Assembly (NCBI GenBank): GCA_002633005.1
Contig: NMRA01000609.1
Span: 110,977-174,976, forward strand
Length of the DNA: 64,000 bases
Direction of reading: 5' to 3'
DNA from: Phoronis australis
Lineage: Eukaryota; Animalia; Phoronida
In this document: positions 10,906-21,128 of the stretch, in pieces
Numbering within the stretch: the first letter of the stretch is position 1
Layout of the letters: every line of letters starts with the position of its first letter
Position numbers and translations under genes: made by a program
The notes under the pieces: model-generated
Told to the model about the DNA's origin: nothing
The model's database searches: none
The model's input: only the letters and a program-made list of their open reading frames with translations

Positions 10906-12890
10906 TGTCTGGTACATGTTTATTATTTATGTTTTGGAAAAGAACTTAATTTTTGAAGAGGAAACAGGAAAGAAATCCCGTTTACTTCCGTATTCGGGTA
11001 GGTCACTGGTTTTAGTGTCATCGGCACGTTAGAGACATTGGTAATCCGAATACACGCTATTTCAAAAAAAAAACATTACTATGAAATGTTTTGTTTTTTA
11101 ATTTCTTGATTTTTTACTCGACTTTCATAAATTTTATCCTAGTTTCACGAATAGTTGATTAATTTGCTAACTTGTAACTTAATTAATATCAAAATCCCCA
11201 AATAAAAAGCTAAAATTTGGACAATGAAGTCCAAAGACTTGTTTCCGCCGTTTCTACTGTGTTTCTACTTAAAGACTTTTGAAGCTCGCTTGACTATTGA
11301 AAAGAAAATGTATTCAGTAATTTTAATGTTATAAAATGAAACAAGTGTGTTCATATTTGGTGGACGCGTGGGTTCACTTGGGAGTAGTGGGGACTCCACT
11401 CGAAATGTCGAGTTTTTACTTTCGCTCCCACGCGCATGATGAGACAGCAGAGATAAATTCGAAATTCGCCTTGTCGTCAATGAAGTTGCCCTATCCTGGA
11501 GTGCGGCAGGTGATGCACAAAAATACTGCACTATCAACTCACGCAATGCATACATGTATACGTCTGTAACTGAAGAGATGAGCTCGCAACAAAATAAATC
11601 ATAATCATGTCAGTTATCGATTTAAAACTTGTTGGATTAAAAATTGCATTACCCCTTTCTCGCAATCATATTTCGCGAACATTTAGTAAGTAACTGCTCA
11701 AACGAGTAGACGGAAATCTAATTAGTACATTGTGAAAAAGGGCTCGTGAGGATTGCGACACGAAAACGCTGACTCTTACGGTCACGTTCTTGAACTTGTT
11801 TATTGACCGTCTTCTCTTAAGAAACATGCTCTTTCATTTTTATGCAGAATGCTACATGAAAAAAATGTCATTGTGTGGAAAAATGACGACAAACTTAATA
11901 ATATTGCAAAACCTGCAGCTCAAGGGTAGGCCAAGTTTATTGCAAACGAAAAGTCCACGTAAAATCACTCTTTTTGAAACACTTATATGAATGGCCCTTT
12001 TGTCCAGTTTTTCTCTCTTTGCCCAATTCTTTTGTTTCCAAACGATATCGGAACTATTGGGGTGTCGAACTCCCGACACGATGTAGAAATTACGCGCCTG
12101 GCTGTAGAAAGAATTGTAAAATGCTGGAACAGGGAATTTTTGTGGTAAGGTATTTTTACGAGAAATTGATATATTACAAGCACCATACTCCGGTTCACGA
12201 TGGTCAAATGTATATTATTACACCAGCACAGTGAAAGTCAAATTTTATTTTGATCACATTCATTTCTGTTGCGTAATTGCGACGTTTATTTCTCTCCATG
12301 TCGTTTTGCAGTACATACACTATGATGTTTTGTACACACTGTATATCGCTGATGAATTTTTATTCACGCTAGCGGCAGTGAGCCCTGATTTACTGTTATC
12401 TGGTGATTAAACGGCTTTATAAGTGCCGCGTTCGTCGGACCACCTAACCAAATAGCAGCTGTCCACCCAAAGAATTGATATCGCCGTGGCTGGTCGAAAG
12501 TTACGTAGAATATCACCCGAAAGCTTATCCGTGATGAACAATGGCGTGCCGTCCATATTGGAAGAAAGAATGTCCATTTGTGTCCGGCTTGGTCACGGAG
12601 TCTGCAATAAAATTTTATATTCAATATTTTTGAAGCACTGAGTCACAGATAGTGAAGGCCATGCCCATACGATTTCTTTCTTGTTAATTTAAAAAAGTTT
12701 ATCCTCGCATATCCTACAGGGTCTTTCCCGTCAACTCGAATACGCCAGTGGACCAGAACTGAAAACGTAACATTTTATAACTACAACAGTGAAATGTGAG
12801 CCTTTTAAAATTTGTATTTTCATTCGTCCACATGAACACAAGTGAATGCGACTTTTTCAAACAAATCCACTCTGGCGATGGTTCTCAAAA

Positions 12891-13156
12891 CATGCGCGCA
12901 CCCAAGGGGAGGCTCGGGGGGGNNNNNNCCCCCCCCCCCCCCCCCCATTTGGCGAAGTGGGCAAAAAGGTCCTCCTCAGGGAAACAAAGAGTCCAAGAAA
13001 ACGAGACAAAAGTCCACTAAAAAGGCGCAGACGCACAGTGGAGGTGGTGGTACTCCGTTTTTATTCTTAGTCCTCCGACCCGCTTTTTTCGTCAGCAAAA
13101 GGTCCACATGGTCAAAAATTCGAGCCCCCATATTAAAGACTGGAAGCGCGCGCATG
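12891..13156. mobile_element. MITE with CATGCGCGCACCCAG TIRs
   Basis: catgcgcgca ... gcgcgcgcatg; internal blocks (aaaaggtcc, aaacgagacaaaagtccactaaaaag, aaaattcgagc) shared with 42431-42689; 6 N inside a G/C homopolymer. Confidence 0.85.
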
Positions 13157-13459
13157 CAACAACGCGTTTTTGCCTATTATTTTTAGTTGGCAAACGACTA
13201 ATATTACACTTGAAGGTGTATTCGTAAAAATGTTACATACTCACTTCATGTGGATGGTCCGTGTATTTCGGCAACCCGTATAGTTAGTCAAGACAATTTT
13301 TTCGAGCGAATCACTCACGCTTTGACGAAATTGTGTAAATTTTGTCGCTATTATAATTTTTGCGCTCTTTCAGAAAAGCTGGAGAGACACGCACTCTCAC
13401 CGTTGCTTTGTCAGCCATTTTGGATTGCAATATGGCTGCAGTCAGCCATTTTGCCATAT

Positions 13460-13521
13460 GATGGGCGGTGCACCACGGGGGGCTATAGCCCCCCACTTTT
13501 TTCAGTGCTGTGCCACCCGTA
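13460..13521. mobile_element. Third copy of the short CATGGGCGG MITE
   Basis: atgggcggtgcaccacggggg...acttttttcagtgctgtgccacccgt. Confidence 0.75.
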
Positions 13522-13839
13522 ATATCACATGGCTGTCAAAAAGTTTCTAACGTTACATGTTTTGTTAGCCTCCCGCTGGTAACTCATATCATATTAGCGA
13601 CCATTCAAGTCCAAGATGGCGGCCATAGTAGAGGTCAGATCACGCGTGTTTCCTAAGCTTCTTGAAGAGCGCACGGAAAGTTGGACTTTTGTTTAGTGGT
13701 CAAACTTTCACACCTTTTAAAAAAATAAAACGATTTTTCGATAACTGGCTACACCAAATACTGTTATTACGGTGTGCTCTGTAACATTGATTTCGAATGT
13801 TAATATTTGTTAGCAAAAAGTACTCCAAGGGTTTGCTCG

Positions 13840-14110
13840 GAACGCAAGAATATTTCTTAAAGCAATGGAGAAATGACTGACCGCCTTCGAATGAAATTTT
13901 CATTTAATATGTCATATGTACCAGTGTTCTTCTAGCCCTTGACGACAGTTTTAAAAAAATGTTCATTTTTGTATAAGCCACTCGAAATGTCGAAACTTTC
14001 ACGAGTTTTACTAACCGACATTCGTCTCAAAAGTCTCGGAATTGAAATTAAGTAAAAACGAAAGGACGATTTAGAAAACTGCTTCCATGCTTTTGATATC
14101 TCATTTATAT
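13840..14110. mobile_element. Partial copy of the TTAA/GGTTA repeat family (cf. 28723, 43838, 55533)
   Basis: Shared internal motifs aatgactgacc...atgaaa.tttca and aaaacgaaa...atttagaaaactg. Confidence 0.5.
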
Positions 14111-15442
14111 ATGTATATCAAAAGAAATTATGGTGATGTCATTTAATGCCTTAATGTTTTGCTACATTTCAATAAAAATGTGGTTAATTAATGTAATCAA
14201 TGACAGACTGCTGGGAAATGCAAAACTGAATTAACCCATAAAGTACTACCCGGATGAAAGAACAGTTATGGCTGAAAATCATGATCTTCTTGGGATTTGG
14301 TCGCCCCTTTTTATCACCAGAAACGATAAATAACATTCCCTAAGCGCTCAGGCGAGTTTGGATATGAGAGAGGCTGTGGTGCTGATAGTCGGTTGCATGG
14401 CCGGGCAAGACGAATGTGCAATCAGCAGTTGGTTGGAGTGGTTAGTCAAAGGACCTTTTCTGACTTGATGACGTGGAAAGCCGAGTATCTATGGGTCTGC
14501 CCCGAGTGTGGCGACGCTGGTTCTGCACCCAAGTAATACCCAAGTAATACAGGCGATTTACACAACAATGTTCTTAAACTGTATCCTTGGCACTACTTTC
14601 GTTTTCATGTGGTGAACAATGAGATGGCTAAATCTACGGTTGCATAATACTTGCTATCAAGCGTACATTTATAAGGCCTTATACTCCGGATAGGTCCTTA
14701 TCTGGTGTATAACTTCTTATACAAATTACATATTACATCAACATGTGCTAAAATTGTACTTCTTAGGATTCAGTCATTCCGTAAACGTTTATGACAGTCG
14801 TTATGTCTTGATGTGAACGCACCAGTGATGAAAATTTTGATCTATAAGTAATTATATTTATTTAAAACACCCTGAAATTTGGGTGGTCGTCGATACTTCC
14901 GTATAGATTTCACTCAAGCTGGTGGTGTGTCAATCCACCATCGCATCATTTTTTTTTTTTGAAAACAAACATAAATTAATATAGAGCGTCAAGTTTGACA
15001 GCAACATAGCGGTCTCAATTAAAACACTACATTTCTTTTTTCATAAATTTGCAAAAATTGATAGTCAAAACGCGAATACATGCAAGGTTGTGAAATCAGG
15101 TCTTTCGATGATTGAGACTATTTTTTGTTCTATGTGAGAGAAAACAAAAGAAATCGTGTTTGTAAAACACTACTTTGTTGTTTTATAGTTCTTTTTTCGT
15201 TTTTATAGTGACAAAAATGCACACGAGAAATCTTCCAAATTTGTCTTACAGATGTGTTCTATAGAATCGAATGATTGATCATGTCCTGATCGCATCACGC
15301 TCGCAAGCTCCACCCCCTGCGAAAAATCGACAAACAAACAATGAATTTTACCCAACAATGTGTTGTTTGTTTGCCAAAATGGCAGCTTAGAAACGAAGCT
15401 GTGTCAAGAATACTGCGTTCTGATTGGCGATAGCTCAATTAC

Positions 15443-18400
15443 CTCAAGAAGTAGGGTACCATATTCCATTCGTTGTTGAAATTGGTCACAGTCAGAACTT
15501 CTTGGTAATCAATGGCAATTATCTCGTCCGTCGCAGCGTTTGATGGACCATTCAAAAACGGTCGAATTACCAAACCAAATTCGGGTCCGGGTGGTGGAGA
15601 TCCGCAATTACTTCTTTTCGTCCCTCATAATGTCGAAAGTATTCGAAGACGTGTTGCTGACGAAAACGTGTCCATTCGCTGGATTAATGACGTTAATAGT
15701 GAGGTGTTGGCTGTAGGTGCCATTTCGAGCTAAATGGACGAGCAAGTAGCAGAAATAAATGTTGACAGTTCGGCTGCTGTTGACATTCACGGTGAATTGT
15801 CTAGCTTGGAGGGAAGTGGCGCCACTTAGCCCGAGCTCAGTGCTCGACATTCTGAAATGCATAATACACAGAAGTTGGCAGTGCCTCCAGATTTCAGATG
15901 CAGTCACCTAATTAATCTCATCCCGACCAACAAAGTCAAATCGCGATGTAAATCTCACAATGACAAAATTTTGTACACAGACGACCCTTCACTTTGTTTG
16001 AGATGTCTGGTCCCGGGTGTGGAGTTCATCACCAAGACATTTTTCAGTGGCGCTGGAGGTCTGATTTGTACCAACCGGGGGCCGTTTACTGCGAGTCGAC
16101 TGGACTAGTGGGGATTAGGTTGTCGTCGTATAGGCGAGCCGTGGAATCTCCGTTACTGATTTCAACGACTTTATTCATTGACGCTCTGTAAAATTGAACT
16201 GCCGAGCGCAGCTGCCCAAACAGGGAGAGGTATCTAGGAATTTACGGCCCAAACCCAGTAGGCCTAGTCAGTTTACACAGCTCAATAGAAGGATAGTTCG
16301 GACTCACATTTCAAAAACTTCCCTGGTGGAAACAGGTTGCAATACTTTTAGTAGAATATCTGGTAGTAATCGTTTCCAGCAAGTTGCCAACCTCGTGCTT
16401 AGAGTTCACCTACTCATAGTTTCACCAAAGACGGTCTCTGCTTCCATCAAAGAGCTCTTGCTTGAAATGTCAACTTCGATCACCAGCTGTTGAGTTTGTG
16501 CCACGCATGCGTGGAATTTGTTTGCATTCGTTTGTTCCGGTGTTCGTTTTTGTTATGGAATTTACTGTCATTCAAACTTTTCGCAACTCCGCGGCATTTT
16601 TACACCGAGTTGCTTAGAGTCATGTCATTAGAAAGCTTTTTTATCAGTTCTTTATTGTGTATGAGGAGCAAAAAATAATAAATAAATACTTATCATATAG
16701 CAAACCTGGCAGGTTCAAAAATTATCTTTTAATTCTAAGAAAGAAGAATGTTACCAAATATAAAAAATAACTGGGTGTAATAGTAAAATAAACAAGAAAT
16801 GAACCAGATATATTATATAAATGAATAGTTAGACCAGCAAGGAAATAATTTCAATGGTTCAAGAGATTTCTATCTGTGAAAAATTTAGTCAAGAATTCAT
16901 TCAAAATTTTACATTTTTGTGTATTAATTGGACCCATGTTGCCGTTTGTTACAGTTGTATTCTTCACTAAAAATTCACGATGCAATAATATTTACAAAAA
17001 TGGTATTAACTAATTTCTCCAACTACCTATCCAAAATTTGTAGACAAACGTTTTTTGATAGATAAAAATGGGCAAACATTTATACTGTGGAAATTTCATT
17101 ATATTGGTTGCAGTGAAGAACTCAAAAGTGCCCGACGACGTTTTTCTTTGTTTTTTAGTCGCATGGAAAATTGAGGGTGCCGCAAAAAATGACGGAGCGT
17201 CTGGTTTTTTTACGTTGAACTGGAAAATAGTTTATGTCGCGTGGAAAATCGTGATAGTATATGGTAATGTGTCTATTCAGATGTGTCAAAAAGTCGTACA
17301 TAATGAGGTGTGGGGAGAGGTTGGCGGGAAAAGTAAATAGCGGTACACCGGCTGCGCCCTGTCAGCAACACAAAGTAGGGTTGGAATATTTTACAATGTA
17401 ACTTTTTGATTTTATTTCACAGGTATAGGTAACTGCTACAGATAACAGTACTGTTCAGAAATCGAAATAATAACAAAGCGTCTGGGCAACAGGTAAACAT
17501 CGCACAAATGAATTATGATAAAAACAATCGAAAACACACACACACAGTTTGCTAGGCAAATAGTAGATTTTTTTCAGTTACGTAAACACACCTGTTAGCA
17601 GGGCCTAAACATTCCATTTATAGTTGTAGGACTAACACTCAGAAACCAAATGTCACTTATTCCCGTAAAAAACAGTAACATGATTTTGACACCTGAAAAT
17701 TTGAAAAACTTATTTAAAACGTATTTTTAGACGCAAAATTTGGAGAAGCTCTGTAAATGGTCACATTTGTTTGATTTGTTCCAGCTCCGTGCATTGTTTT
17801 GATCGAATTTGATGAATTCCTGTGTATATTTACTGTCAGACTGGTGACCAAGAAATAAATTAAAGTACATTGCACTCAAATCAAAACGATCGTTAAGTTC
17901 GTTTGATTTCTTGAAAAGTCTGAAACATTTAATTGAATTTGTCTTACCTGCATTGAACAATATACTCTCTAACTATGGGGGTGTTATTTTCGAAAACAAT
18001 CCTGAATACCGGCACCATAGTGACGACATAAACGTTTGGATCCATTCGCCGATCCCAAGTTACCGGTTGCACTTCGATACTGGTACCTTGAGCGGGATCC
18101 GCAGCGACGGGATAACATACTCCAGCCAAAGTCTACAAAGGTAATATTTCGTGTTTTTAACAGTATGTACAAAAGAAAATGGATCTCCAGTTTTGAAAAT
18201 GTGTAAAAATGAAAAAAAAAACATGGTTGAATTTCCTTTTCCATTTTCCCTGCTGTTAGGGGACGAAGAAATGGACCCCCCGTTTCATTGCAGAAGGCTT
18301 CAATCATTCAGAACCTTTCGCTACCTCAAATCAGTACATTTTATTTCTCTCAAAGGTGGGATGGTAAGGTAGGTTCAATTTAAAGGGTGGCAACCTGGGA

Positions 18401-19205
18401 GATTTAGTGAATGACAACTTCGGGGGACTTTGAACTGACATTTCATGGGATAGGGGCAGCGATGACATCGCTATCTTCCGTACTGAGCGATTCCAATTCT
18501 AGAGACGCTATCGTGGTAGATTCTAGTAACTCCCATAAGACGAAATACAAATCGGAAAGCCTACAACGGGAAGGAAAATAAAAGAGACAACGTCAAGATA
18601 TTCCAGTTTGCGTGTCAACAATTCGTCTTCCCGATAGCTAGTATTTAAATATTAGGAAATGTGTCAATTTTAGTTTCTGTTAATCAGTGCTGTCAAGCCC
18701 CTCCCAGGGAAGAGACTCGGTGACGACTGACGTGGGCGGAGTGTTGAAGAGCGAGTTGAAAAAGTGCATCAACACATGTGACTACCACCCCTCCCCCCCC
18801 CCGCCCTCCCTCGTTTAATTGAACGATTGATGTGTGGGCCTGCTGACAACTCCTGGCACGTGTGCGTGCGAAGAAAAGCAAATTGTTTTTAAAAGACTTG
18901 GATCGCTATAGAATATCGCACGTCGGTAAAACAAATCCACTGTCGTTGCTAAAACCTGGATATTTACAGCGTGACTACTCGAACGTAAATCCTAAATGGT
19001 CAACAATATTGCGAATTTTGTTTACCAAACATTCTATGACATTCAATCAATTTCCCTTTGAATGAATAGACGTACGGGAAAAAATCACTTCAAACTCAGA
19101 CGACGTGATAGCGTGAGAAAATAATCTACTACTCGAAGCCTTTTGAAAATGCAACGAAGAAACAAGTGTACTTACAGCACCAAACAGAATAAGGTGAATA
19201 ATCAT
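15443..19205 (-). CDS. Candidate spliced gene (possibly pseudogene) for an unidentified secreted glycoprotein; exons 19205-19176, 18132-17948, 16185-16090 (or -15986), 15851-15612 (or -15443)
   Basis: The joined exons give MIIHLILFGA|TLAGVCYPVAA-DPAQGTSIEVQPVTWDRRMDPNVYVVTMVPVFRIVFENNTPIVREYIVQCR|ASMNKVVEISNGDSTARLYDDNLIPTSPVDS..|MSSTELGLSG...VNSSRTVNIYFCYLLVHLARNGTY... This has a signal-peptide-like N-terminus, an in-frame stop just upstream of the ATG, GT-AG sites in compatible phases and several N-X-S/T sequons. No family recognised. Confidence 0.55.
15612..15851 (-). CDS. Candidate exon 4 (may extend to 15443 through a 1-nt frameshift)
   Basis: atttcag acceptor, phase 2; 240 nt open to AA|gtaatt; coding-like sequence continues in a shifted frame to AG|gtaatt at 15443. 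Confidence 0.5.
16090..16185 (-). CDS. Candidate exon 3 (may extend to 15986 through a 1-nt frameshift)
   Basis: ttttacag acceptor, phase 2 matching exon 2; weak donor CA|gtaaac. Confidence 0.45.
17948..18132 (-). CDS. Candidate exon 2 of the secreted protein gene
   Basis: ctttgtag acceptor, CAG|gtaaga donor, 185 nt open, phase 0-2; higher GC than the flanks. Confidence 0.6.
19176..19205 (-). CDS. Candidate first coding exon (MIIHLILFGA), N-half of signal peptide
   Basis: ATG at 19205-19203, GCT|gtaagt donor, phase 0. Confidence 0.5.
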
Positions 19206-19783
19206 CCTCTTTTATGGTAAGTCTGCACGTTTACTGTCTTACCTTTATTTATTGACACGGCAGCGCACTCACAGCAGGAGTCTCGGCAAGGGGGCTGCAA
19301 CTACGGCTGTCTTCGTATCTACTAACAAGCGGTGTGTGTAAAAGGTGTACGTTTATGGACGACAATGTTTTAAGACCTGACTTTCGTTTGTTTCCACCTG
19401 GGTAGAACTGACACAGAACGTTTTGTCAATCCAGATACGCCACTAAAATAAGAAAATTTCATAAATTTCAGTCATTCACCGTGTGTGTTCATTTTACAGG
19501 CAATTCATACAAAGTGAAGTTCAATGTTACTTAACTGTGGCGGTCATTTTGAAGGTACATCACAATAAATTGAACATTGGTTTGAAAATTTTGTGTTGAA
19601 AAACATCAAAAGTTTTCAAACTAGACTGGTTTGCTATTAAATCTCCTTTATGAAGTTTTCATCAGAAAAGAAGTGGAAATGATGCCTTTAATAGAGCGAC
19701 AGGCTATAGCATTTGTGATAGCTTGAGAGATGGAGACCTAGTTGCACGCACGAAAAAAATGAAGACTTGGCAAAATCACGCGA

Positions 19784-21128
19784 TAGGCCATAGTCCCAGC
19801 TCTCCTATCTTTCACCTCCGTGACCACTTTCTGGAGGCAACGGGAACTTTGCATTAAACCCATCTACAGATGTTCAACAAAAGTCAATTTCAAACAAATA
19901 TAGCCTCAACTAATAAGTTAGCCACCAGGTGTCGGTGCAAAATGATCAGAACAGCCAATCAAATGCCAGAAAAATATTGTGTCCGTACCCATTCCCACGT
20001 CGACTGCTTCAAGGAAGCATTCATAAGAAGACAGCCAACTGATGTTATGCTGTTGGCTTGGCTAACTTGTTTACAGCTACTGTCTACATTGGGCATGCCA
20101 AAAGAGCAAACTACCAGCGTGCCATTAACAAACGAGCCTCGCAAATGCATGTCAGTGCACCACCTCCAGTTGGTAATGATGGGCGGCTTTACTGGAGCAA
20201 GGTAGTCTCAAATTCCACTGGATAACTCTGCCTTTAGCCCCAAAAATGTTAGGAAAATGTTAATTGCAAGTGTAAAAAGAGTGGTTGTAGTAAAAATTGA
20301 GCTCTTGTTTGAAGTCGGGCATGCCATATTCTAAGTCATGTTAATGTCTAGATCGTGTAAACACGGTGCCTCAAGAAACAACTGACTTGTGATGATAGTA
20401 CTAATGATGATATAAGTGATGATGGAGTGGATGAAAAAAAAAACATAACAAGTGTATGCTATGTTGTTTAAGAACTTAAAATTTGTTGCCTAATGGAAAA
20501 TATTGACGACATTTTATCATGCTCGTGGCTGTCAGGACTGCATGGTGTGTCGTTCCCTGTGACAGCAGACAATGAACTGCAATGAGGATAATGATAATTG
20601 ATTGTGGCAATTAATGGGAGTGACGACAATAAATTCATTGCAGAAGCTTTGGAAATGTATGTTAATCATATGTAGGTTGTAATATCAAATCTTTTTCAAG
20701 TTCCAAATGCTTAAAAGTATTGTTTTTTGGTAGGAGTTCAGAATACAGTTGTTGGCATGGGCCTACGTTTTCTGGCCAACAGGAGGTGCTGTTGATTTTT
20801 TGTCTCATTTTTAAGCAATTTTCCACCTAATGTCATAATATTTATCACTTTTCTTGTCCAGTAACTTCAAACAAAACCCAGTCAAATTAACATTGGGTTT
20901 TTGTATAGAATTGTTGGTTTTTGAAGATTGGTTTTCTATGCCAAATTTTGCACAAAGTCAGATTTTTAGGTCAAATTTCTCGAAAACGTGCAAGTCAAAC
21001 CTTGGGAACTTTTTAGATTCTTAAAGTATAGTACTTAATGATCTTAAAAGCACCAGTTATCTCTCCCCCAAAAAGTAGCCACGGAAGTGGTTTTCTAGGC
21101 TTTCTAGAGTCCAATGGACTATGGCCTA
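19784..21128 (+). mobile_element. Internally deleted Academ-like DNA transposon with decayed transposase C-terminus
   Basis: Perfect 13-bp TIRs TAGGCCATAGTCC / GGACTATGGCCTA. Frameshifted remnants HAKRANYQRAI (from 20094), GSLKFHWITLPLAP and NCKCKKSGCSK..SCLKSGMPYSKSC*CLD match the recalled H..RA.YQ motif and Cys-rich tail of Academ transposases. No clear TSD. Confidence 0.75.

Noticed and set aside
10707-11032. CV- and HT-repeat ORFs (also 56903-57196)
   Set aside because: Translations of (CA)n microsatellites.
12228-12260. CACAGTG heptamer as an RSS or RAG-transposon end
   Set aside because: No nonamer-like element at RSS spacing, no partner TIR and no RAG-like coding remnant.
17911-18144. 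Plus-strand 77-aa ORF ending at AAG|GTAAT
   Set aside because: No good plus-strand acceptor or partner exons; the minus-strand reading has both splice sites and phase-compatible neighbours.
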